Positions 1-9,497 of a stretch of DNA of 64,000 nucleotides are shown piece by piece. Origin of the DNA: an uncultured Verrucomicrobiae bacterium (GTDB taxonomy: Bacteria; Verrucomicrobiota; Verrucomicrobiia; Limisphaerales; Palsa-1400). The notes beneath the pieces are model-generated. The model saw only the letters and a program-made list of their open reading frames with translations, made no database searches and was not told the origin of the DNA. The stretch's first letter is position 1, and every line of letters starts with the position of its first letter. The position numbers and the translations under genes are program-made. The stretch is taken from positions 5,216,001-5,280,000 of the forward strand of contig OY969763.1 in assembly GCA_963702845.1 (NCBI GenBank), given 5' to 3'.

Positions 1-177
1 GAAAAACCGCATTGAACCGTCAGCAGCCGGCGGTTCGCAAGACCGACGGGCCGCTGCGCGTTCCTGGTGTGACTTTGGTGTTTTCATGGGAAACGATTCG
101 CGCGTAACGATTGTGAACGGAGCCGCGCGGGTGAGCAAGCCGCAGTCTTTGGGAGTGCGGACGTCGCACTGCGGAAG

Positions 178-311
178 AAAAGAAAACAAAGTAGAGAGGC
201 CGAAGATGGGATAAGGCGCAGTTCGACGAAAGACCTTGGATTTTATTTCCCCGGCTCCACCTCCAGCGCAGCCGTTCCAAGGATCTTATCCCATTTCAGC
301 CTCTCTACGTG
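178..311 (-). ncRNA. Candidate structured small RNA or leader (long hairpin followed by a U-rich tract)
   Basis: 191-215 (gtagagaggccgaagatgggataag) pairs with 285-308, and inner ccttgga (234-240) pairs with tccaagg (276-282). On the minus strand the hairpin starts about 12 nt after a sigma54 motif and is followed by TTTGTTTTCTTTT. Confidence 0.45.
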
Positions 312-322
312 CTTATTGTTTA

Positions 323-337
323 GCCAAATCCGTGCCA
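323..337 (-). promoter_or_regulatory. Sigma54 -24/-12 promoter
   Basis: Minus strand TGGCACGGATTTGGC has correct GG-N10-GC spacing. Confidence 0.65.
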
Positions 338-500
338 CGTTTGTGTGCCGCCGAAAAACGGCGTAAACCCTTGGAAAATGCGGGTTATGTCACATAGAGA
401 GTGCGGGAAGGTGCGGCTGTTTCACGCATGGTTGAAGAAGTTCACGCATTCAAAGCGGGGACGAGCGAGACAATAGTGGGAACATGGCGTAGCGATTCGG

Positions 501-1565
501 CTACAGCTTCTTCGCCAAAATCGGCGCGTTGTCGTCGCCGGTTTCCCAAACGACGATGACTTCGCTACCCAACGGGGCCATCGCGGGATATTTTCCAGGC
601 ACGACCAGTGAGATGGGGCCTTTGGTGTGAGTTTTTCGGATGACGATTTCGCCTCCGTGTTGCCAAGCCGTAAAAATACAATCCGGTGCTGCGACGCACG
701 GTTGCGATGCTTCCGGTTCGAGTAGCGTTTCCAAGTTTGAGTCTGTGCTCGATGAAAAAACTGCTTTGCCGCGACGCCACACGGCATACACCGAACCATC
801 GTGGCGAATCGCGATCGCGCCGCCGTCCATCGGACACGCGTTCAATGGCAACGTGCCCGACCCGAGTTTCTGCGCCGAGCCGAACGTTTTTCCGGCGACG
901 TCGCTGACGGCGAGATACATATCGCGCGAACCTTTCAGCCAATTCCGCCACATTGCGAACAGTTTTCCGTTTGGACCAAACGCCAGACTTGGGTGACAAC
1001 ATTCGCAAATGTGTCCATCGGGTGAACGATAGATGAGAAAATTCGTCGACCAAGTCACACCACCGTCTTTGGAAATCGCACCGCGCAATTCGGTTTTGGC
1101 CGTGCGCAAATCGAGCCAGGCAGTCGCAACCGTGTTGCTGTGAGCGGCCATGGCGTGAAGGCCTTCACGCGCGGCTTTCGGCACGTCATTTACCCCAGCG
1201 GCTTGGCTCCAGTGCGCGCCGCCGTCGCGTGAAATCCAGCAATACAGATTACCTTCTTCGTGCGAAATCGCGCTGACGGCAATGACATTGTCAGCCGCAA
1301 CGATTCTCGGCCCACGCCGCATGCCGAGCGACAGTTTCGGAATCGTTGCAACCAATTGCGGCGTTTCGAAACTCTTTGCTGAATTTGTCGAGCAAGCGAC
1401 GTAAATCGAATCCCCTTTGCCAAACGTAACGAAGATGGCGTTGTCCCGAGCTACCGCAACTTGCGGCTGCTTCGCGCCGGCAAAAGATTTCGGAACAACC
1501 GGCACTTGCGCGTGAATCGCGACGCTCACGGCGATCAGAACCAGAGCCGGGAGGAGCGTTCTCAC
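501..1565 (-). CDS. Secreted BNR/Asp-box (sialidase-like) beta-propeller protein
   Basis: Asp boxes SRDGGAHW and SKDGGVTW, CECC and CPMDGG motifs, and a signal peptide. The likely GTG start at 1565 overlaps the upstream stop. Confidence 0.7.
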   Translation of the reverse strand: MRTLLPALVLIAVSVAIHAQVPVVPKSFAGAKQPQVAVARDNAIFVTFGKGDSIYVACSTNSAKSFETPQLVATIPKLSLGMRRGPRIVAADNVIAVSAISHEEGNLYCWISRDGGAHWSQAAGVNDVPKAAREGLHAMAAHSNTVATAWLDLRTAKTELRGAISKDGGVTWSTNFLIYRSPDGHICECCHPSLAFGPNGKLFAMWRNWLKGSRDMYLAVSDVAGKTFGSAQKLGSGTLPLNACPMDGGAIAIRHDGSVYAVWRRGKAVFSSSTDSNLETLLEPEASQPCVAAPDCIFTAWQHGGEIVIRKTHTKGPISLVVPGKYPAMAPLGSEVIVVWETGDDNAPILAKKL

Positions 1566-3301
1566 ATCTCGAATTTCTCGAGCCGGTTTAGCCCGAGCTG
1601 CCACGGGATCCAGCCGACGATGAGAGACATCGCGATAAAGGCGACCCAGCTCCCGACGATCCATTCGATGGAAGTTTCACCTTTCCAACCCCACGGCGAA
1701 CCCATCGCGAGGACCGCGACAGAGGCGACGATGTAAAGAAAGCTCAAAACGAGACAGAGCGTTCCGCCGAAACCGCTGACGATTTTCGACGGGTTGTCCT
1801 CGCGAAAATTCGGGTAAAGCGCACCGAGACCCGTCGCCAGCGCAGTCAAGGTGAAGGTCATCGTCGAAATAATCAGCGCCAGGTAAAACGTGCGGTCCAA
1901 CGACAGTTGCAGCATGTAAGACGAAATCGCAATGAGCGCGAGCGTCACGCCGAGGGCCGCGCGGCTGGCCAGCCAATACTTCGCGCGTTGCACCTGAATC
2001 AATCCCAGCGGCGCCATGCCGACGATCCAGAGCCGCTTGCCTTCGAGCGAGAATTGCGGAAACACGAAACGCGTTGTCAGGGTCGCGAGGTTGAGCGCGC
2101 ACGCGCCGAGATTTAAATAGCACACGAGATGCACCCAGAACGGGCTGGCCAGTTGTTGCGAGAAATGTCGCAGGTTGATGATGTAAACGCCGAGCAGCCC
2201 GAACAGCACCAGCGTTTGGCCCCATTGCAACGTGTCGCGCCAAAACATGCGCGAGTCTTTCACGAGAATAGCGAGGACGTCCGATGGCGGGTTATACCAA
2301 TAAGCCAGGGCGCGCTCCGCCCAGCCGCGTGGATAACCGAACTCGACCTTGCGCTCGCCACGGCGTCGGAACCAATCCCACTGTTGAAAAATACTGGCGC
2401 GGCTTTGCACGGTGGCGAAGGATTCGTAGAATTGTTTACCGAGCGACGTAAACGACAGGAACCCGAAGAACAAGACGTTGCTTAACAGCACGAGCAGGAA
2501 GAAAAACGCCGAGCTCAACGCGCCTTCCGCCCAGTTCAGCACGCTGGCCGAGAGCCAATAGCTCGGCAACCACGGCCATTCGGCGAAATGCGTGTGCATC
2601 ATGATTTTGTCGAGCGTCACGAGCACGCGCGCATCGGTCGATTCTTCGGTGAGCGGTTCGGGCCGGAACCAGATCGTCACGAGCGGAATCGCGACGCACA
2701 GCGTAATTACCGCCGCGATTTGAAAGCTGCGTCGATCCAGATAACGCGCGAGATTCAGCGCCACCCACGCGCCAAAAACTCCCGGCAAAATGATAAACAT
2801 CCCGATTGCGGCCAGCGTCATCAGATAAAAATGCCACGGCACCTGACGCGTCAGACCGTAGGCCGCGAGCAACGGCGCGATGAGAAAGATAAACGCCCAC
2901 GAGGCGAGCAACGCCGATTCAAAAAATTTCCAGCGAAAGATGGTTTTCGGCGAGAGCGGCAGCGAGACGAGGAACTGCGTTTCGCGATTACGAAAATAAT
3001 TGCTGTAGCCGATGACGATATTGCTGAAGAGCAACAGCACGAACAGGAACGCGAAGAGGAGGTAGAGCAGCCGTTCAGTCAGCAGCGGGCCGAGCGCGGG
3101 AAAGTTATTGAGGAAGCGCAACCCGAACCGAAAAAGCATGAACGAGAGGACGAAGTAAGCGACAACGAACAAACCAACCGATGACGATAACAGCCGCGAC
3201 TGGCCGCGCACTGATTTGAGACGTCGCCAATGCTGCAGCGCGTTTGTGCGCGCCAGCAGCCAGAGCGGTGTTGATCGGACGAACCCGTTCATTGAAACCA
3301 T
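1562..3301 (-). CDS. ABC-2-type exporter permease-like polytopic membrane protein
   Basis: 579 aa with many transmembrane segments and the motifs LVSLPLSPKTIF, KDSRMFWRD and FSLEGKRLW. Confidence 0.75.
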   Translation of the reverse strand: MVSMNGFVRSTPLWLLARTNALQHWRRLKSVRGQSRLLSSSVGLFVVAYFVLSFMLFRFGLRFLNNFPALGPLLTERLLYLLFAFLFVLLLFSNIVIGYSNYFRNRETQFLVSLPLSPKTIFRWKFFESALLASWAFIFLIAPLLAAYGLTRQVPWHFYLMTLAAIGMFIILPGVFGAWVALNLARYLDRRSFQIAAVITLCVAIPLVTIWFRPEPLTEESTDARVLVTLDKIMMHTHFAEWPWLPSYWLSASVLNWAEGALSSAFFFLLVLLSNVLFFGFLSFTSLGKQFYESFATVQSRASIFQQWDWFRRRGERKVEFGYPRGWAERALAYWYNPPSDVLAILVKDSRMFWRDTLQWGQTLVLFGLLGVYIINLRHFSQQLASPFWVHLVCYLNLGACALNLATLTTRFVFPQFSLEGKRLWIVGMAPLGLIQVQRAKYWLASRAALGVTLALIAISSYMLQLSLDRTFYLALIISTMTFTLTALATGLGALYPNFREDNPSKIVSGFGGTLCLVLSFLYIVASVAVLAMGSPWGWKGETSIEWIVGSWVAFIAMSLIVGWIPWQLGLNRLEKFEM

Positions 3302-3469
3302 TTTAATAGCAACCCCGCGAATAGCACGGGGATTTCTATCGAAGAAAGGAACGTCGTGTGGTTCGGGACGCGCGAAGCAGTCTTGGACTGCGCCCTATTC
3401 AGCTTGTTTGTGCTGCTGCGACCACAACGAAGGCTTGCTGCGTCCAAGGGGTTTCCCTACATTTTGCTC

Positions 3470-4945
3470 ATGGCCAAAGTCCTGCTGCTTGATGACGAAA
3501 TTACGATGTTGCAGATGGTGACGGAGCTGCTTCGCTCCGAGGGCCACGAGGTCTTTCCTTTCAGCAATTTCGACGCCGCGTGCGAAGCCATCGAGGCGCA
3601 ACGACCGGACCTCGTCATCACCGATCTTTACACCGATAAAAACAAAAATCCTTACGGCCTGGAGATGCTCCAAAAAGCGCGCAGCCTCACGCCGCCCGCG
3701 ACCGTGATCATGATCACCGGGTTTGCCACGATCGAGACGGCGGTGGACGCGATGAAGAAGGGCGCGTTCGATTATTTGGCGAAGCCTTTCAAGGTGGACG
3801 ATTTCAAGATCGCGGTGCGCCGAGCGCTTTCTTACAGCGAAGCGGTTTCGGAAAACGTTTACCTGCGCAAACAACTTAAGAAAAAGTATCAGTTCAATCA
3901 ACTCATCGGCACTTCGATCAACATGCAGGACGTGTTCAAGATGATCGAACGCGTCGCCGATACGGACAGCACGGTTTTGATTCTCGGCGAGAGCGGCACA
4001 GGTAAGGAATTGATCGCGCGCGCGCTGCATTACAATAGCCGCCGGCAATTTGCCCCGTTCGTGCCGATCAACTGCAGTGCGTTGCCGGAAAATTTGTTGG
4101 AATCAGAATTGTTCGGCCATCGCAAAGGTTCGTTTACCGGCGCGATCACGGACAAGAAAGGTCTGTTTCAAGAAGCGGACGGCGGGACGATTTTCCTCGA
4201 TGAAATCGGCACGATGCCGGCGGTGTTGCAAAGCCGGTTGTTGCGCGTGTTGCAGGAAAAGGAAGTCCGACGCGTGGGCGACAACGTGCCGATGACCGTG
4301 AACGTGCGCGTTCTGGCCGCAACGAACGAAACGCTCGAGGCGCGCATCAAAGAAGGGACTTTCCGCGAAGATCTTTTTTATCGCCTGAATGTTATCCCCA
4401 TTCACATGCCGGCGTTGCGCGAGCATAGGGAAGATATCCCGTTGCTGGTGGTTCACTTTTTGAAGCAGCGCCTCAATCCGAAGACCGGCAAGCCGTTCCA
4501 GATCACTCGCAAGGCTGTCGATTTACTTTCGGAACATATGTGGCCGGGCAACGTCCGCGAATTGGAAAATTCGATCGAACGCGGCTGCGCTTTGTGCGAC
4601 GACGGCGTGGTGCGCATTGCAGATCTGCCGCCGGTGGTTGCGAAATTGGCGAAGGAGTCGGATGAGAACGACGATATTATCGAAGTGAAGGCGACGCCGC
4701 CGAGCCCGAGCGATACGCAGATTCGCACGTTGAAAGAAGCGGCTGCCGCTGCGGCGACCCATGCCCCGACCGGATTTGCGCAGCCGATTGCGTCGTTGAA
4801 AGATTTCCTGCACGACCAGGAATCGGCTTACCTCAATCGCGCGCTGGCCCAAACCGGCGGCGACAAAGAATCCGCCGCGCAACTGCTCGGCGTCAGCGTG
4901 GCGACGTTGTATCGCAAGCTGGCCGAAGTGGAAACAGCGACGTAA
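3470..4945 (+). CDS. Sigma54-dependent response regulator (NtrC family, receiver-AAA+-Fis HTH)
   Basis: Receiver domain KVLLLDDE, Walker A GESGTGKE, GSFTGA loop, WPGNVRELEN and a C-terminal HTH AAQLLGVSVATLYRKL. Confidence 0.95.
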   Translation: MAKVLLLDDEITMLQMVTELLRSEGHEVFPFSNFDAACEAIEAQRPDLVITDLYTDKNKNPYGLEMLQKARSLTPPATVIMITGFATIETAVDAMKKGAFDYLAKPFKVDDFKIAVRRALSYSEAVSENVYLRKQLKKKYQFNQLIGTSINMQDVFKMIERVADTDSTVLILGESGTGKELIARALHYNSRRQFAPFVPINCSALPENLLESELFGHRKGSFTGAITDKKGLFQEADGGTIFLDEIGTMPAVLQSRLLRVLQEKEVRRVGDNVPMTVNVRVLAATNETLEARIKEGTFREDLFYRLNVIPIHMPALREHREDIPLLVVHFLKQRLNPKTGKPFQITRKAVDLLSEHMWPGNVRELENSIERGCALCDDGVVRIADLPPVVAKLAKESDENDDIIEVKATPPSPSDTQIRTLKEAAAAAATHAPTGFAQPIASLKDFLHDQESAYLNRALAQTGGDKESAAQLLGVSVATLYRKLAEVETAT

Positions 4946-4977
4946 GAGTGTGGCGCGTGGGTAACCTGGCGGGAGAT

Positions 4978-5193
4978 GTGGCGCTAGCCACATTTGTAGG
5001 TAGCCGTGGGTTTCAACCCACGGAAGGCGTCGACCAACGACCAATTGTGTCGCGTAGCGACACGTGAACCCGGGTGTGTATGCAACAGGGAATCGGGTTC
5101 AAGCGTCACTACGCGACGCAATTAATTCTAACCGCACGGTGTTCCGTGGGTTAAAACCCACGGTTACCTTCAAGAATCGCTAACGCGATTCAC
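4978..5193. repeat. REP-like palindromic repeat, family A, copy 1
   Basis: gtagccgtgggtttcaacccacgg ... gtcgcgtagcgac ... ccgtgggttaaaacccacggttacc ... gaatcgctaacgcgattc. Related copies lie at about 8353 and 22971. Confidence 0.85.
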
Positions 5194-5224
5194 TACGCAA
5201 CAGGCCTCGCGAAATTTTCTGTGG

Positions 5225-5959
5225 CTAAGTCGCCGCGTTTCGAGACTTGAACCGTTCCGCTTTGTCGCGAACACGACCTAAAACCTTGCGGACTTTTTCC
5301 TTCGTTTTGCTTTCACCGAGATCGCGGTGCAAGACCCAGCGCGTGTGCGGGATCGCCGTCGCGGAGATGTCTTCAGGCGTGGTGTGTTTGGCGTTGATGC
5401 CGGGTGCGAGATCGAATCCGATTTTGCAATAGAGGTGCTGGACGAACGCGGAACAGAAAAAGGAACGGTCGCGCGCGAGCACATTTTCTTTCGTGCGCAG
5501 CTCGGGCTTTTTGAGCGCGAGCAACGTGCCGAATAGTTCGCGCACGGAATATTTGGTCGCGTCGGACATGAGTTGCAGGCCGTGGCACAAGAGGGAACGC
5601 AGTTGTTCGTCGGACAGGTTGAAGTCGAGAATCGCCAGCGTGCCGTAAAGTTCTTCGTCGTAATATTTGGCCATCCGATTTTCCTGAACGCCGAGCCGGA
5701 TGTGTTTGTGAACGGCGGCGAGGTCGGACTCGATTACCCACTGATGGCCGTCGCAACGGCGTTCACCAAAAATGAATGCATGCGACCACGTACTCCATTT
5801 GCCGTCGGCAATGACGCGCCGTTCGGCGCGGCGAATGACGCGATCAATCAACGTGCTGCCGCCCGCGAGACCGATGCGACCGGGCCGCGCGTGGAGTTCA
5901 AGAAAATCGCGATTGGAAATATCACGGACGGTGATGACCTGGTTCACGCGCGCGAGCAT
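5225..5959 (-). CDS. Permuted papain-like (NlpC/P60, YiiX/YebB-like) amidase
   Basis: His-before-Cys arrangement, WSHAFIF ... FFCSAFV ... TPEDI. Likely start MLARVNQ at 5959. Confidence 0.65.
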   Translation of the reverse strand: MLARVNQVITVRDISNRDFLELHARPGRIGLAGGSTLIDRVIRRAERRVIADGKWSTWSHAFIFGERRCDGHQWVIESDLAAVHKHIRLGVQENRMAKYYDEELYGTLAILDFNLSDEQLRSLLCHGLQLMSDATKYSVRELFGTLLALKKPELRTKENVLARDRSFFCSAFVQHLYCKIGFDLAPGINAKHTTPEDISATAIPHTRWVLHRDLGESKTKEKVRKVLGRVRDKAERFKSRNAAT

Positions 5960-6014
5960 AGCGGGTTTGATGAAGAAGGACACGTGAGAAGTAACGGGAC
6001 TTGCAGCGCACAAT

Positions 6015-6557
6015 TCAGCTGTGTCCCGGAGGGACGTTTGGGCGTTCGCTTGCCGGATAGGTAAAGAATTCACCGGCGTCTTCGGTGACCCTGTCGTTCG
6101 AGACGAATGGATTGAACTGTGGCGTGCGGCCGTGGCGGCGCATGTCGACATAGACCAAGAACATTCGCCATCTCGCCGCAATTCCGTGCAATTGTTTGGC
6201 AGCCAACCCGTGCAATCGCCAGGGCTGCGACGGCACAACCGACCCGCCGGTGCCGACGCCGAAGAAGGATGTCCGTGAATCGTGAGGCGCGAGATAGACC
6301 TGATTCATGCGCCGAGGGTCGGCAATCCATTGGCCGTTGGTTTGCGTCTCTACCATGACGGTCATCCAAAGCACTTCGTCGCTGTGATTGGTCAGCGTGA
6401 ACACATTGCCGCCCACGTGCGCGCCAGTAATGACAATATGCGGTTGCGACGATGAATGGAGGAAGGCGGAGGCGGCGGCCACTGCGAGTGCGACGATTGC
6501 GATAATGAGCCATTTGCGCCGTGAAACCGTCGCGGTCGGTTGTGAGGCCGCTTCCAT
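6015..6557 (-). CDS. Hypothetical membrane-anchored protein
   Basis: N-terminal hydrophobic anchor RRKWLIIAIVALAVAAASAFL. Start chosen at MEAASQ. Confidence 0.5.
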   Translation of the reverse strand: MEAASQPTATVSRRKWLIIAIVALAVAAASAFLHSSSQPHIVITGAHVGGNVFTLTNHSDEVLWMTVMVETQTNGQWIADPRRMNQVYLAPHDSRTSFFGVGTGGSVVPSQPWRLHGLAAKQLHGIAARWRMFLVYVDMRRHGRTPQFNPFVSNDRVTEDAGEFFTYPASERPNVPPGHS

Positions 6558-6742
6558 GTGAGCGGGATTTTGCGGTGAGCTCGGGGATGGCGCAATGGTG
6601 ATTTGCGGAACAACAGCTTTCGAAGTGTGGACGTCCGCGCTCCGCAAAAAAACGATGCCGGAAACCCTACCCGAGGTCCCCGGCATCGCGCACTATGCAA
6701 ACTTGCCACAAACAAATCCCCGTTTGCCTTTTCGTCAACGGA

Positions 6743-6961
6743 TCAATTCACCCTCAACATCCACTTGTGCGGTCGCTTCACAACGCCGTTGCAGAAGGCC
6801 AAAAAGACCTTGGCCGCGTTCATCGGGTTCTCCGGGATGTGGTCCTCGGGAATTTGCGCGGCCATGCGCATCATCAGCGGCAGATCGTTGCTGTCGGTGG
6901 CGTAGTCCTGCGCGAGCGCGCCCACTAAAACAAACGCTAAAAACTGTTCTTTCTTCGTCAT
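6743..6961 (-). CDS. Small hypothetical protein (72 aa)
   Basis: ATG start preceded by an A-rich leader (aaagagaaaatt) and protein-like composition. Confidence 0.55.
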   Translation of the reverse strand: MTKKEQFLAFVLVGALAQDYATDSNDLPLMMRMAAQIPEDHIPENPMNAAKVFLAFCNGVVKRPHKWMLRVN

Positions 6962-7248
6962 AATTTTCTCTTTCGTCTTTCTGTTACTGTTTAGTTTTCT
7001 AACTTCGCATCTCTTCGTCTCGTTTAAGGTCCGACTATCCTGCCAAAGTCACTTGGACAAAGGCTGTCCAAGTGGATTTTTATTTTGGTGCGGGAACAAG
7101 TTTCATGCGCGCGACGTAAAGTAGAGCCCTGCATGGACTTACGCTGTCAAACAGACGCTTGAAGGCTCCGGAAGACGAAATTTTCTTCCAAACGCAGCGA
7201 TGAAATCACGCCGCTTGGACGTGGTAGGAAGGAGTAGAGGGAAGCTCA

Positions 7249-7280
7249 ACCGTAACCCGGCATTAGCGCCGGGCTACGGT
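7249..7280. terminator. Hairpin downstream of the XRE gene (terminator or REP)
   Basis: accgtaacccggc-attagc-gccgggctacggt. A related hairpin lies at about 17378-17404. Confidence 0.45.
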
Positions 7281-7306
7281 CGAAGAATGCTGTCGGCTAG
7301 TAAAGA

Positions 7307-7720
7307 CTAGCGTTTCTTGCCGCGTTTGGCGGCTTTGGCCGGGCGAGATGCTTTCGCAGCTTTGTCCGACTTGACGTTGGCGGCGCGCACGAGGGCGCGG
7401 AAGCCGCGCACGAGCGGTTCACGGACCATCGCCGGGATTTCGCGCAACTCTTCCACCAGATCGCGCTCCCACTGTTCAGGGAACGCCATGCGATGCGTGC
7501 GGCGGGCCTGGACGGAGTCCGGGTTATCGCGCAGCAAGAGCAGCTTGAAGAGACGCAGGGTGACCGCGCTGGGGCGGACGGGGGAGTTTTCGCGAACAAT
7601 CTGGCTGAGCGCGCTGGGCGTCATGCCTAATTGACGGGACGCTTCAGCCTGCGACCAACCGGACGCAGCGAGCAATTCACGGAACTCTTGTTTAGGATCG
7701 ATTTCAGTTTGTTGTGCCAT
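7307..7720 (-). CDS. XRE-family HTH transcriptional regulator (phage repressor-like)
   Basis: FRELLAASGWSQAEASRQLGMTPSALSQIV is a cro/C1-type HTH. It is divergent from a second HTH gene. Confidence 0.85.
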   Translation of the reverse strand: MAQQTEIDPKQEFRELLAASGWSQAEASRQLGMTPSALSQIVRENSPVRPSAVTLRLFKLLLLRDNPDSVQARRTHRMAFPEQWERDLVEELREIPAMVREPLVRGFRALVRAANVKSDKAAKASRPAKAAKRGKKR

Positions 7721-7752
7721 ATGTATTAAATGTTAAATGATTACACTTTCAG

Positions 7753-7781
7753 TTGACTAGTGAAGTAACTTACTGTAATAA
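7753..7781 (+). promoter_or_regulatory. Sigma70-type promoter in the AT-rich divergent switch region
   Basis: TTGACT-17 nt-TAATAA with a TG extension, overlapped by the palindromes agtaacttact and ttactgtaa (operator-like). Confidence 0.55.
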
Positions 7782-7831
7782 CTACAGAGAATAAAAAATA
7801 GGCACAGATTTGCAACACTAAAAGGACTGAT

Positions 7832-8245
7832 ATGAAGTCACATTATGAAATGACCGGCCGGGGAACGACCCGGCAAATGAGCGCAATTCGACCGGCGCGC
7901 TCGGCCACGCACACGATTAAACCAGCCGCTACGAGGGTGAATATGCCGTCCAGCGCAGCTTTGCGGGTGCCGGCGCTGGCGGCTTGCGGCGGGCTGGATG
8001 TTTGGATCACGCCCGCCCAGGCGCGCAAGATTCTTGGGATCGCCCCTTCGGCGATTTATCGGCTGGTGGACCCGACCCGGCCATTGCTCGTTGTGAAGCG
8101 GCCATTGCGCCGGAAGATTTTGATCAGCTTGCGATCGGTGACGGCATTTTCTGAAGCGACGAAAAACCCGGACTTCTGGGAATCGGCACCGTTGCAGGCG
8201 CAGTTTGACGCAAAACTAAAAGCAATCAGCGAACACAAAGGGTGA
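7832..8245 (+). CDS. Excisionase/MerR-like winged-HTH DNA-binding protein
   Basis: WITPAQARKILGIAPSAIYRLV followed by a beta-wing RRKILISLRSV. RBS-like aaagga upstream. Confidence 0.7.
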   Translation: MKSHYEMTGRGTTRQMSAIRPARSATHTIKPAATRVNMPSSAALRVPALAACGGLDVWITPAQARKILGIAPSAIYRLVDPTRPLLVVKRPLRRKILISLRSVTAFSEATKNPDFWESAPLQAQFDAKLKAISEHKG

Positions 8246-8352
8246 AGGCGTCGTAGGTCAGCCTGTTACAGGACGCGATTGACTGGTTGCGTCACGAAGG
8301 GACGGTTGAAAACACCGCACGTCCAGGTCAGCCGCCCCTTCGGGACTCATCA

Positions 8353-8582
8353 CATGGCGTAGCCATGTTTGAAGGTAGCCGTGGGTTTCAACCCACGGAA
8401 TCGCGCCCGAGCAAAACGTGTTGCGTCGCGTAGCGACGCTTCAACCTGTCCATTGGATTGTAATTATCGCGCGACGCATGAAACGCCGGTTCACGTGCCG
8501 CTAACGGCACAATCATCCTTCAGCCCGCCTCACCCGTGGGTTGAAACTCTCGGCTACCTTCAAGAATCGCTAACGCGATTCG
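8353..8582. repeat. REP-like repeat, family A, copy 2
   Basis: Same palindromes as 4978-5193. Confidence 0.85.
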
Positions 8583-8764
8583 CCTCTGGAACGGCGTGAC
8601 CAGATTCATCTTGACCGAAACCGAAGTGAGCGCAGACTCGAACTACTGTCAATTCAAACCACTGGGAGCACAAACCCGGCGAGAAAGGTCACATGGAAAA
8701 CACATCTCGAACACGGTTCTTCAGTAACTCTGCTATTTTTCAACACCACCCTCAAGCAAGTGTC

Positions 8765-9442
8765 ATGAAAACGGCTCTAGTGGCCTTCGTTCTATTTGTT
8801 GCGACGGCGGTGCACTCGTGCGCGCAAGGTTCGTTTCAAAATCTTTTTTTTGAGAATGCCACCATTGTTCCGGACGGATCTTCGCCCCATTTGATAAACG
8901 CTGATGCTGCTTTGCCGGGTTGGTCCGTTTCCTATGGTTCGGGCCCTGGTGGGGTCAACATTATCTATAATGACTTTAATTTGTCGTACGCTGCTGTTGG
9001 GCTTCACGACCCAAGTTCAACTATTACTCACCCATTACAGGGAAACTATTCCGTAATGCTTCAAAGTTCTCAGTATCCGTTTCCCGCCGATTCAGCTTCA
9101 ATTTCGCAGACAGGTCTGGTGCCGCTTGGAACGAAGTCCCTTGTCTTCATGGGGCAGGGTACTCCGGGCAATTTTCAAGTCTCCCTGGGAGGTCAGACAC
9201 TCAGTTTGACGCCTTTAAGCACCACGTCATCCTATACACTATGGGGGGCGGATATTTCATGGGCTGCAGGAACAACAGCGCCATTACAATTTACTGTTAA
9301 TGGGTCGCAATTTTCGACGCTGCTTCTGGACGGCATCCAGTTTTCAACCACGCCGGCACCTGAACCATCGGTCTTCGTCCTGCTTGCAGTCGGCGCAGGG
9401 CTGTTCAGGGTACGGCGTCAGCGGTCGCAATCAGTCCGGTAG
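8765..9442 (+). CDS. PEP-CTERM sorting-domain secreted protein
   Basis: Signal peptide MKTALVAFVLFVA and C-terminal APEPS + hydrophobic helix + RVRRQR. Confidence 0.9.
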   Translation: MKTALVAFVLFVATAVHSCAQGSFQNLFFENATIVPDGSSPHLINADAALPGWSVSYGSGPGGVNIIYNDFNLSYAAVGLHDPSSTITHPLQGNYSVMLQSSQYPFPADSASISQTGLVPLGTKSLVFMGQGTPGNFQVSLGGQTLSLTPLSTTSSYTLWGADISWAAGTTAPLQFTVNGSQFSTLLLDGIQFSTTPAPEPSVFVLLAVGAGLFRVRRQRSQSVR

Positions 9443-9496
9443 TCCGAGTCCGAGTCCGAGTCCGGTATTCTAAAGGAATACCGGACTACCGGACCG
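9433..9496. repeat. AGTCCG hexamer tandem array with an inverted arm (putative iteron/origin)
   Basis: agtccggt-agtccg-agtccg-agtccg-agtccggtattc-taaag-gaataccggact-accggaccgg, directly after the stop of the helicase gene. Confidence 0.6.
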
Positions 9497-9497
9497 G

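Noticed and set aside
3451..3467. tttccctacatttt as a fifth copy of the shared element
   Set aside because: Only one heptamer matches, and the sequence is better explained as the spacer and -10 box of the regulator's own promoter.
7800..7814. Sigma54 promoter AGGCACAGATTTGCA before the HTH gene
   Set aside because: GG-to-GC spacing is one base short of the strict requirement.
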